From Carcharhinus amblyrhynchos (Eukaryota): a stretch of 64,000 bases of DNA. The notes beneath the pieces are model-generated. The model searched no databases. It was not told the origin of the DNA and saw only the letters and a program-made list of their open reading frames with translations. A program made the translations under genes and the position numbers. The stretch's first letter is position 1; every line of letters begins with the position of its first letter. The stretch lies in assembly GCA_965287045.1 (NCBI GenBank), contig OZ336888.1, forward strand, positions 13,082,001-13,146,000, given 5' to 3'. This document shows positions 11,420 through 21,759 of this stretch, piece after piece.

Positions 11420-12792
11420 CCAGTGTACTGGAACCTTCTTGCACTGCGAGGTTTGCCCTCTGCAGATACCAACGACGACATCAACTTTGCCAACAGACGT
11501 CACTCCTGAAGCTGGCGGCTGCCACAGGGTGATGGAGTTGGCTTTCTTGATTGATGGCAGTAACTCATTTTCAAGGAAAGAGTTTGAAGGTGTGAAGAGA
11601 TTTGTACTGGCGATGATGCAACAGATGCAGATCGGCCAGTCAAACATTCGGGTTTCGGTCCTGCAGTTTCACTCCGTTGTCAGCAAGAAGTTCGACCTGT
11701 GGGAGAAGAAGACCGTAAGAGAACTTAAAGCGTTAGTGAAAACAATGCAATACATTGGCGGTTCGAAAGCGAACATGTTTGAAGCTTTGAAACACACATC
11801 GATTCTTGTCTTTGGGAAGGATGCAAGGAAGAAGGTTCCCAGAATAGCCATACTTGTGACAGCAAGCACCTCATCCAATCCTGTTAAAAATGCCGTACGT
11901 TACGTCATCCAGAGGAAAGTCACAGTGATCACGGTGGGGATTGGGTCAGGTGTCAACCTAAATGAAATCGACTCAATAACAAGAAAATCCCCCGGAGGCA
12001 AGTCATTTATTTTGAAAAATGTGGGAGAATTGACAGAATACCAAAGGACAATCTTAGATTACGTATGTAGTCGTGGAGCTAGCCCCCCGAGTCCTACCAC
12101 CATCGGAATTCCATTTCCAGAAACGACAGCGTCAACAACCACCACACCATCGCACTCCCATTTAATGATCAGCACCCAACCGCCTAGTCGAGAAAAGAGG
12201 CATGATGTTGTCTTCCTTGTGGAAACATCAGACAAGGTGGGAGAAAGCAACTTTAACAAGACCAAAGAATTCATGATTAAAACTGTTGAAAAGTTCAACG
12301 AAACAGAGCAAGCCACATACGTATCTGTTGTCCAGTACTCGGATACTGTGAACGATGCATTCAGTTTCATTAACGTTCAGAAAAACCAGGAAGTCATTGA
12401 AAGGATAAGACAAATGAAGTATAAAGGAGGGGAGAACACCAATACAGGCAGTGCTATAATGCACATCATTGAAGCAACGTTAACAACGCACAATGGTGCA
12501 AGGGAAGAAGCGCCTGATCTCGTGTTCATGATAACCAGCAACCCCCCCTCAGATAATATCACAAATCCAATAAAAGCGGTCACCGAAAACGATGTTGAAT
12601 TGATAACAATTGTCGCTGACCCTGACATTGATATAGCTGAGTTCCCTCTCCCAGTTGTGCCGACGAACTATGACGAGATTATTGATATAGTTGACGAGGT
12701 TTACAATACCTGCTGCCAACCAACCACAAGTGAAACCATAGCTACCACCACAATGGCCACTACTACTCCCAGTTTCGACCTGCTGTCATCAG
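11420..12792 (+). CDS. vwf: VWF exon 28-equivalent (A1 and A2 domains with linkers)
   Basis: 1373-nt exon inside ORF 11367-12839; CCTCAG acceptor, GTGAGA donor; A1 Cys 11520 to Cys 12066; A2 with LVFMIT and vicinal CC at 12711-12716. Confidence 0.97.
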
Positions 12793-12809
12793 GTGAGAAT
12801 CCTTTATTA

Positions 12810-12965
12810 GTTGAAAACAGACAGATTTTTAATCAGTAAGGGAATCAAGGTCTAAGGCAGGAAAGTGGAGTTGAGGATTATCCCATCAGATCAGTCATGA
12901 TCTCATTGAATGGCAGAGTAGACTCGATGGGTTGAACGGCCTACCTCTGCTCCTACATCTTACAG
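12810..12965 (+). mobile_element. CR1 3'-end fragment just after the exon 28 donor
   Basis: GACAGATTTTTAATCAGTAAGGGAATCAAGG...TCAGTCATGATCTCATTGAATGGC...GGCCTACCTCTGCTCCTA matches the 9170-9330 tail. Confidence 0.8.
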
Positions 12966-13132
12966 TCTTGTTGCTTGAATTGAGAATAAGCTTGAGAATC
13001 TACATGGAAAGATGCTGAATTAGCACAAGGATAGGCCATTCAGTCCAGCTGAACTATACTGGTGATTTCATACTTCACATGAGCCTCGTCACGGCCACCT
13101 AATCCTATCAGCATAATAGGTAGCTCAGAGGC

Positions 13133-13415
13133 TGGCATTGCTGCCTCACTATGCCAGGGACCTGGGTTCAATTCCCAGCTTGTGTCACTGTCTGTGTCGA
13201 GTTTGCACATTCTCCCCATGTCTACGTGGGTTTGGATTTTCTCCGGGTGCTCTGATTTCCTTCCACAGTCCGAAGGATGTTTTGCTTAGGTGCATTAGCC
13301 ATGCTAAATTCTCCCTCAGTGTAGCCAAACAGGCAGCAGAGTGTGGTGGCTAGGGGATTCTCACAGTAACTTCATTGCAGTGTTAAAGTAAGCCTACTTG
13401 TGTCACTAATAAAAA
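13133..13415 (+). mobile_element. V-SINE with alternative tail B
   Basis: V-domain followed by TTCTCCCTCAGTGT...TTCATTGCAGTGTTAAAGTAAGCCTACTTGTGTCACTAATAAA. Confidence 0.85.
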
Positions 13416-13644
13416 AAACTTTGGCTGGCTCCTCGAATTTTACATCCTCGCCGGTGACATGTCTCACAGCGGGCTGGGATTTTCTGCTGTGGGTGGGAGC
13501 AGACGGACTGAAAAATTCCTCCAATATTTCAGATTGGTGGTCTGTCATCAGAACTGGAAGATAGTAGACATTTAAGCAAGTGCAGAGCCAAGGAAAAGGT
13601 GACCGGAGAGGTAGAGACGGGAGAAGGCTGATAAGGTAGAGGGC

Positions 13645-13687
13645 GAACACAGTAAGAAGTCTCACAACACCAGGTTAGAGTCCAACC
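13645..13687. mobile_element. 43-bp Penelope-repeat fragment with 11-bp TSD
   Basis: ACAGTAAGAAGTCTCACAACACCAGGTTAGAGTCCAAC matches 23329-23367; AGGTAGAGGGC at 13634-13644 and 13688-13698. Confidence 0.75.
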
Positions 13688-14227
13688 AGGTAGAGGGCAG
13701 GCAGTTTAAATGAGCAAAGTAGTAATTATTTAAGGCAGGGGGAGATGATAATGAGAAATGTTGAGGTAGAAATGATGGGTCCAACTGAGATGAAAATTGG
13801 TTACAATATTTCTACATAAAGCTTGTATTGTAAAACTGGCCTTGAATATTAGGACTTATTCCCGTGACAAATGAGGCACCTGTTGCAAGATGTGGGCAGG
13901 ATTTTTAAGTTGGCATGATTTCCTAACATTCTCTCCAAAATGTCAGTCGGGAACGCACTTCCCTGCCCCCCCACACACTCAGGAGGGGTTCCAACCTTAC
14001 AGAGCTGCTGGATAGTCTGACTGGCTGGAGGCTCTGTACCCAGTAGCAACAGTGCCTGGGTTTGGGACTCGAAGCAGTTCCCATTCTCTAAATCAGACTG
14101 CAGAGCAGGCTTGAAGGACGGAATGGTCGACTGCTCTGTCTCTTACGTTCTAGGTGGAAAAACCAGGGTGTTAGGGAGCGCCCATGGATTGGCAGAACCC
14201 AATGTGCAAAGAGGGACTGACACCAAC

Positions 14228-14527
14228 ATGACAGTCTAAGAATATGGGATAAGGCATTCAGGACTGAGATGAGAAAGAATACCTTCACTCAATGAGTTGT
14301 GAACCTGTGGAATTCTCTAGTACAGAAAGCTGCTGGGGCCAGTTTATTAGATATGTTCAAGAGGGAGCTGGACCTGGCCCTTGCGGCTAAAGGGATCAAG
14401 GGTTATGGAGAGAAAGTGGGAGTGGGATACTGAAGGTGCATGATCAGCCATGATCATATTGAATGATGGTACAGACTCTAAGGGCCGAATGGCCTACTCT
14501 TGCTCCTATTTTCTATGTTTCAATGTT
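14228..14527 (+). mobile_element. CR1 LINE 3' fragment
   Basis: HDSLRIWDKAFRTEMRKNTFTQ.VVNLWNSL followed by the CR1 3' UTR. Confidence 0.85.
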
Positions 14528-14959
14528 AGGTGGTTGATGATTTTATTAGAATTATAAACAATGACATTTTGCCTAAGCATTTTGACCATTTTATTAAAAA
14601 TAGCCTACTGAAAAATTTCCAACCCACACATTTCTGTCACTATTTACTCTTGCCAGTGTCCTCCAGCACTCAAGCAACTTGATATTTCTTCAGTAGCATA
14701 AGACATGTTCCCTCACCATCTCATTTCAATATACCATCTGCATTGTTACATTTAGGAACTTTGCGTTGCTGAGACAGTTTTATTAAGGTGTAAGATACAG
14801 TCAGTTCATCAAAATTCACGCACAAACTTTAGAGTGCATGCTTTTTATGCAGAGTAGCTTTTGTCCCTGAGCAATGTGTTCCAAAATGATGTGACTGCTA
14901 AAGAAAAATGTATGTGGATGATTGGAGAATGTTAACCCAATTCTATCTCTTCCTCGTAG

Positions 14960-15079
14960 CTCTGTGCCCCGAGCCAATGGACATTATTCTACTCCTCGAT
15001 GGCAGCGACAGTATTGGGGAGACAGAATTTGAAGAAATGAAAACATTTGTGAAATCCTTTATTGGAAAAATCCAAACAG
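14960..15079 (+). CDS. vwf: VWF exon 29-equivalent (A3 start)
   Basis: CGTAG acceptor, GTCAGT donor; ALCPEPMDIILLLDGSDSIGETEFEEMKTFVKSFIGKIQTG. Confidence 0.95.
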
Positions 15080-15924
15080 GTCAGTGCGATGAACATCAAC
15101 CTTATGGAAAGCAATAAGCCACCACGCAAGCCCAGTCGCAGCTCAAATAAGTGCCCATAATAGAAACAAAAAGTAGTAAGTGTGACTGCAAGGATGGAGA
15201 AATTCGGGGAGTGTGACAGATCGAGAATGGCTTGATGCAGCTTTAATAATAAAGGCTTTATTGCTAACAGAATAAAGATATCTCTGTACAAGTTAAGACT
15301 AGATTACAAGTGCGACTGCTCTTCTTGACTCCTGGGCTCCAGCTGCGAGACCTTCCTCGATCCGTGGTCCACACCTTCCTGCAGGTAGGCTCAGCTTCCT
15401 GCCGGGGACATCCATAGGATCCTCGCTGATCGTGTAGCCCTCAGAAATTTCCAGCCAGTATGGCCGTATCTGCCTTAACCAATTATGTCTCGTTAAACAA
15501 GGTCTGTGACCCTTGATAACCAAAGACTGGCAGTTTTGCCATCTGATTCTGACATGCCACTGTTACTGTTACAGCACCTAAAGCTGGCAGTGGTTCTCCA
15601 GTACACGCGGACAAAGCAGCAGCCGTCTCACTTAGTCTTAATGGTCGGAGTGTTTATGAAGATGACAAAATGTATGTTCCTTTGTGTCGCCTCAGTTTTA
15701 TCAGGATGTCCAGCTAACGGTGGTTAACCATTATATTTATAATTAAATGAAGGCACACAGCCCCCAGAAGCAATTTTAATGACCAGCCTTCCTCCTGGAA
15801 GTGGAGTAGTGTCACAGCTCTCATCCTATCTCTGGTCAAAGACAAAATGGGCATGTTCAGTTTGGTTTCAGCTCCTGTTTCAGCTTTTTAAACACTTTTA
15901 AAAATTTTGAGTTCCTACGTAACT

Positions 15925-16209
15925 GGCAGCCTGGTGGCACAGTGGTTAGCACTGCTGAATCACAGCACCAGGGACCCAGACTCAATTCCCGGCTGTCTGT
16001 GTGGGGTTTTGCACATTGTCCCGTGTCTGTGTGGATTTCCTCTGGGTGCTCCGGTTCCCTCCCACAGTCCAAAAGACATGCCGTTTAGGTGCGTTGGCCA
16101 TGATAAGTTCCCTCTCAGAGTACTCGAACAGGCGCCGGAGTGTGGCGACTAGGGGATTTTCACAGTAAATTCATCGCAGTGTTAATGTAAGCCTACTTGT
16201 GACACTAAT
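15925..16209 (+). mobile_element. V-SINE with tail B
   Basis: GGTGGCACAGTGGTTAGCACTGC head; tail GCAGTGTTAATGTAAGCCTACTTGTGACACTAAT. Confidence 0.85.
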
Positions 16210-16507
16210 GGTCAGAATTCTCCAGTCTTTCATGCCGGCGGGGTTCTCTGCTCCGATTGGCAGTGCACCCCCATCCTTGTGTTTCCCGTGGGCGTGGGGT
16301 AATGTTAAAGGGAATTCCCACTGACAGTGATAGGACCAGAGAATCCCACCACTAGCAAACAACGCGCCACCCCCTGCTAGTGGGAAACAGGCAGCTAGAA
16401 GGCCAGAGAATCTCGCCCATAAACTTTAAACCCTCTCTTTTCTTTCAGAATGTCAGATTTCCCCAATATTTCAGCAGGAATTTTGAAGGGTCGCTCTTAT
16501 TCTACCG

Positions 16508-16844
16508 AGTGGCATGGTAGCACAGTGGTTTAGCACTGCCGCTTCACAGCTCCAGGGACCCGGGTTCGAATCCCGGCTCGGGTCACTGTCTGTGTGGAGT
16601 TTGTACATTCTCCTTGTGTCTGTGTGGGTTTCCTCCGGGTGCTCCGGTTTCCTCCCACAGTCTAAAGATGTGCAGGTTATGTTGTTTGGCCATTCTAAAA
16701 TTGCCCCTTAGTGTCCTAAGATGCATAAGTTAGAGGGATTAGTGGGTAAAATATGTAGGGATATGGGGATAGGACCTGGGTGGGTTTGTGGTCAGTGCAG
16801 ATTCGATGGGTCGAAGGGCCTCTTTCTGCACTGTAGGGTTCTAT
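16508..16844 (+). mobile_element. V-SINE (HE1-like, low divergence) with CR1-type tail
   Basis: Intact B box GGTTCGAATCCC; central GTGGGTTTCCTCCGGGTGCTCCGGTTTCCTCCCACAGTC. Confidence 0.88.
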
Positions 16845-16966
16845 AGTTCCAGCTGCATTGCTTCAACCCCACCCCCCTATTCAGCAGATCCTGAAGGAGT
16901 TTTGTTTGATGTCCATCAGATGAAGAATTATTTTTATTATTCACTAAGTCATTTTTCCTATTGTAG

Positions 16967-17110
16967 GAGACGATGCCACTCATATCTCTATCATACAATA
17001 CGGGAAGACCAACACATTGGAAATTCCTTTCGATGAGAATCAGGAGAGGGAAAATCTTATACAGCTGATTGATAATATTCAGCAAAGGATACCAGGACCA
17101 ACTCAACTAG
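16967..17110 (+). CDS. vwf: VWF exon 30-equivalent (A3)
   Basis: TGTAG acceptor, weak GTGCAG donor; GDDATHISIIQYGKTNTLEIPFDENQERENLIQLIDNIQQRIPGPTQLG. Confidence 0.92.
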
Positions 17111-17248
17111 GTGCAGTGGCTATGATGTTAAAATGGTTTCCTTATTGAATTTTTCAGAGATAAGAATTTTGCCCTTTTTAAATGGCTTGGAATGTCTGCA
17201 AGCAAATGTGACAATATCTTCCTAAAATGTCTTTGCGATTTGTCACAG

Positions 17249-17392
17249 GGAAAGCACTGTCCTTCGCCATGCAGACTGGAGTAACAGAGGCAATAGGAGC
17301 ACGAGTGGGTGTCCCAAAGGTTGCTGTAGTGATAGTTACTGACAGCTCTAAGGATAGTGTTGATGGGGCAGCGGAAGAAGCAATGGTAACAG
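17249..17392 (+). CDS. vwf: VWF exon 31-equivalent (A3)
   Basis: CACAG acceptor, GTATGT donor; 144 nt; KALSFAMQTGVTEAIGARVGVPKVAVVIVTDSSKDSVDGAAEEAMVTG. Confidence 0.95.
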
Positions 17393-18084
17393 GTATGTCA
17401 CTGCAACAAATAATAATTGCACTGAAACCGGACTTCCATTGAATACGAGGCTACAGAGCAAGTGCTGGAAAATGGGACGAGGATAAGTTGCCTGATGGCT
17501 GGCATAGGCCTGATGGGTCGAAGGGCCTCTTTCTATTCTGTAAAAGTCTATGGGAGCAGTAATTGTTGAACAAATGTGAAAACAGACCTGTTTTTTGGCA
17601 AGAGAAAAATTCAAAACTTATGCCATTGAGAGAAAAAAATGAGGCAAAGTGCAATTCCTGCCAGTAGGAGGAGTTCTACTCTTGCCGGGAAGCTGGCTGC
17701 AGACTGCTAGAGGATGCCATTGTGCATGCACCGATCTCCCAGTGCACTGATCACGGCCCAAACTCCATTGACTACGCCCCTGTTCACCAAGATTGCATCC
17801 TGGGGCTCACTATTAATACTAAAAACTGTTCATGCCCTTCCCGGACGTGAGGTTGATTATTACGGCAGATTGCTGCAAGTAAGATTGCGAGAGGCGAGAA
17901 ACGGGGTGCCAACCTGGTTTTTTGCCTCTCTTGTGATCTTACTGGCTCACCACGTCGATCAACCGGTGTGACAAACTGGTAAGATCGCTCACCCCATGAC
18001 TCTTCCAAAATGTGTCATATGGGGGAGGATTGCATTTGGGAGGGGTTGGTTCTATCTTTTGGCTTAACTGAGGTGGCTGCATCT

Positions 18085-18200
18085 TAAATAGATGTAAAAT
18101 ATTACATGGCGCTATTTAGAAGAAGAACAAGGAAATATTCCTTGTGTGTTCTGGCTAATAATTGCCCCTCAACAACAACATCAAAACACAATCACTGTAG
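18085..18200 (+). mobile_element. DeuSINE (AmnSINE1/SacSINE1-like) central-domain fragment
   Basis: GATGTAAAA...CATGGCGCTATTTAGAAGAAG...TTCTGGCTAATAATTGCCCCTCAAC resembles the recalled Deu-domain; a head-like piece occurs at ~45510-45600. Confidence 0.55.
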
Positions 18201-18995
18201 TAACTTGGTCAACCTGTTATCAATGAACATAGAACCTTTATTAACAGGAATAACTATACCCAAGAGCAATGCAGATTCAATGCTTAGTCATGTCTCCAAG
18301 ATCTAACTGCTGGGACAAGCCCAGACAAGTTAAAGTGAAGCCCCAACTCAGTTCCCAATTGAACAGTCTAGTTATGTGACCCTAGGGCCAGGCACCATAA
18401 TCACACTGCTATTTTTGTGAGTTTACTGTTATTATTTTCTACATTACACCAGTGACTATACATATAAGATACTTAATAGGTTGTAAAGTGCTTGGGGCTT
18501 TTCTAGGCTTGTGAAATGAGATGTATAAATTCTTCTTTCATCATTAATTAAGCTACAGGAAATGTTCATTATTTATCTCCAGCTGTCAGGCGCTGATACT
18601 ATTTGGACCAGGATTTCCCGGCTCAGCCGGGACCTTCTGGTTCCGCCAAACATCCAATGGACTTTCAGCTGACCCCCGCACCCCTGTGAGGTGGCACTGG
18701 AAGATCCCAGCTCAATTTATCTTAGCGCAACCCGAACAAGGAAAATTCCAAACGGAATTGTTGTCCGGGCCCACTTTGAAAGATTGATTTTACTTGAGAG
18801 ATTGCGGGGGCGGTGGGGGAGGGGTGGGATTTCTCTGGAAACCAACAAAGGCCAATAGTGGGCGGGGTAACAACATTGAAGCTGACTACAGCAATGTTGG
18901 CTTTCTCCTTCTTACAGTGCAGCAATTTGGGGGAAAAAAAAACGTCAAGGATCTATGATGAATCACCAGCAGGACGGCCACTGATGCATTCACCC

Positions 18996-19228
18996 GGTAA
19001 GAAGTCTGACAACACCAGGTTTGAATCCAACCAATTTATTTGATAGTAATCCCACAAGCTTTCAGGGTTTGCCCTTTGTCAGGTGAACCTGACGTCATTC
19101 ACCTGACGAAGGGCAAACCTCGAAAGCTTGTGAGTTTACTATCAAATAAATTGGTTGGACTCAAATCTGGTGTTGTCAGACTTCTTACTGTGCTTACCCC
19201 AGTCCAACGCGGGTATCTCCACATCATG
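18996..19228. mobile_element. Palindromic Penelope-derived mini-element with a hammerhead motif in each arm and a 10-bp TSD
   Basis: Arms 18996-19087 and 19098-19190 are reverse complements; GCATTCACCC at 18986-18995 and 19229-19238. Confidence 0.85.
19097..19135 (+). ncRNA. Minimal type I hammerhead ribozyme motif (Penelope type)
   Basis: Stem I ATTCAC/GTGAGT; core CTGACGA; extra A; stem II GGG-CAAAC-CTC; GAAA; palindromic AGCT in place of stem III; triplet CUU ending at 19129. Confidence 0.65.
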
Positions 19229-19996
19229 GCATTCACCCCGCCAGCGACTTAAACAGCTGAGGATTGGGGCACCATTTTTAAAGGCCACCCAGCACAGAGA
19301 GAGCAAACTACTTCATCCTGGAAACCACCCCCAACATTCTTCTGGCACTACCTGGGCCTTGCCCCTGACTAACCCCTGGGCACTGCCCAGACGCTACCAG
19401 TGTCCAGGCAGAGCTGTGGCAGGGCCCTCTTCTTCCTGAGCCCTCACCTCAGCCCCCCGTGAGATCCGCTCACCAGCGCACGCTTTGGGAGACCAGTTGT
19501 GATTCACGTCATTCTGCTGTCACACTGACGTGAATGGATTTTTGAAGGAAGATGATTCAGGTGCAGGACCTGATAATGATTTGGGAATATGTTCAAATGT
19601 TGCTGGCACTGGGGGAAGGAGATTGAATCGTGCATTTATGCTGATGTAAAATTTTGCGGTTCTCACACTATTTTCCATTCCCGTCGCAGAACTTACCCAG
19701 CACGAGCAGGAACGGAAAATCGCAGCCTTGGTGTCAGAGCCTGCTTCTGTTGAGTATGTGATAAAATAGGCAACAGTAGGAGAACACCCAGTCACACTTT
19801 GGCACCATATTATTGATATGAGTACTTTTCTTTTCAGAGTAGTGAAATTCTAACAATCACAGTATAGTCCCTGAATGGATTTTATGTAAACAGGACCCTG
19901 GAGAATGCAGTTAATCTGAGTTTCAGCAACCTCCAGCTGAACTCTGTGATAATTCCTTGATTGTCACCTTATTTTTCTTCTTCCCTTTTCTGTTAG

Positions 19997-20158
19997 GTGT
20001 CACAGTGATCCCAATAGCAATAGGACAAAAATATGACGAGCACCAACTTCTAACCTTAGCTGGGGAGAGGTCACATCACATCATTCATCTGGGTGAAATG
20101 GAAGACCTTCCCACAATGGTGACACTTAGCGATGAGTTGATCAAAAAGGTCTGTGCAG
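19997..20158 (+). CDS. vwf: VWF exon 32-equivalent (A3 end)
   Basis: Polypyrimidine tract plus TAG, GTGAGG donor; VTVIPIAIGQKYDEHQLLTLAGERSHHIIHLGEMEDLPTMVTLSDELIKKVCA. Confidence 0.96.
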
Positions 20159-20249
20159 GTGAGGCTGATAAATGAATATTGTGAAGTAATTGTTGGGATG
20201 CAAAAGAAGATATTTTGGAAGAAGACCCTGAATTGTCTTTATAAATGAT

Positions 20250-20915
20250 ATGATTTATTATTGTCACATGTATTAGTATACAGTGAAAAGTATTGCTTCT
20301 TGCGTGTTATGCAAAGCATAATAGAACATAGAAACATAGAAAAACTACAGCACAATACAGGCCCTTTGGCCCACAAAATTGTGCTGAATATGTCCCTACC
20401 TTAAAGATTACTAGGCTTACCTATTACACTCTATCTTACTAAGTTCCATGTGCTTACCTAAAAGTCTCTTAAAAGACCCTATCGAATCCGCCTCCACCAC
20501 CGTTGCTGGCAGCCCACTCCACGCACCCACCACTCTCTGAGTGAAAAACTTACCCCTGACATCACCTCTGTACCTACTCCCCAGCACCTTAAACCTGTGT
20601 CCTCTTATGGCAACCATTTCAGCCCTGGGTAAAAGCCTCAATGTTCATTGAGAAGGAAAAGAAAGGGTGCAGAATATAGTGTTACAGTCATAGCTAGGGT
20701 GTAGGGAAAGATCAACTTAATGTGAGGTAAGTCCATTCAAAAGTCTGACAGCAGCAGGGAAGAAGCTGTTCTTGAGTCGGTTGGTACGTGATCTCAGACT
20801 TTTGTATCTTTTTCCCGACGGAAGAAGGTGGAAGAGAAAATATCCAAGATGGGTGAGGTCCCTAATTATACTGACTGTTTTTCCAAGGCAGCGGAAACTG
20901 TAGACAGAGTCAATT
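20250..20915 (-). mobile_element. Rex1/Babar-type LINE 3' end interrupted by a CR1 fragment
   Basis: Minus-strand HLGYFLFHLLPSGKRYKSLRSRTNRLKNSFFPAAVRLLNG is a typical Rex1 ORF C-terminus; same 3' UTR as the 41258 and 43932 copies. Confidence 0.85.
20322..20639 (-). mobile_element. CR1 3' fragment nested in the Rex1 copy
   Basis: ORF 20417-20641: RGHRFKVLGSRYRGDVRGKFFTQRVVGAWSGLP. Confidence 0.88.
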
Positions 20916-20964
20916 TTCACCAACACAAACAGGATTAATTTCAGTTTCCATTTCTCTTTCACAG

Positions 20965-21011
20965 CGACTTCCCTTCCGGAATGCATTGATGATGAAGGGA
21001 ATCGACGGCAG
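20965..21011 (+). CDS. vwf: VWF exon 33-equivalent (D4N)
   Basis: CACAG acceptor, GTAAAC donor; 47 nt; ATSLPECIDDEGNRRQ (human FVRICMDEDGNEKR). Confidence 0.92.
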
Positions 21012-21759
21012 GTAAACTCCATCATAGAAGAGAATGCATTAATGCTAGTAATATGGACCCACACTACCAGTCTGCGCTTGCGCTGAATGAAGTTCTATTT
21101 GCTCTGTTGTATTCTTTAAACGTACACAGGGTCACAAATCTTTTCCACAGACTTGCTTGCGTATAACTTGGCCAGGAGTGCGGTGGGAGTTGTTCACAAA
21201 TGGTCTTTCCACTGGGCTTCCATTGGAGCCATAACCATGGAGTGGGACCAATTGTGAAGGACGTGTGGGTTAAGACAAGGAACAGAGGCTGCAGAATGTT
21301 TCAAGAGTTCAGTACTTTGCTATCAGATTGGTCATCAAAAATTAATACCAACTCGAGCGCCCACTCCCTTTAATATCTACCCAAGTGCCACGTAAATATT
21401 TTCCACACACTGCAGGAGACATTTTCTGTCGCCGTTCGCCCCATGGCGATGCCAATGGAAAATCTCATGAGACGGCAGGAATGGGAATCTTGGCGGCGAG
21501 ATCCCATTTTCTGGCTTTCCTCGCCCCTCACCGGGAGGTTCCCACCCAATCAAAACCATTTAAATAAATTTAAAGGACTTCCCCTTTGTTCCTTCCAGGT
21601 AAAGAACCCACGCCCCCTCCCTTCCTTGCGACATGACATCACACCAGTGAATTTTATAACAGGAATTTTAAAATGTGAAGTAAGCAGAGGTGAACCTGCT
21701 CGGGGCACAAATCTCAGTGTAGCCCCAACCTGGGAGTGCCTGGAATGGGCCCTCTGGGG

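Noticed and set aside
11367-12839. 490-aa ORF as a standalone single-exon VWA gene
   Set aside because: Bounded by splice sites at 11420 and 12792 in phase with neighbouring VWF exons; the ORF ends are intronic read-through
17111-17248. Retention of the 138-nt (3n) intron 30 with its weak GTGCAG donor as a coding isoform
   Set aside because: An in-frame TGA occurs about 12 codons into the intron
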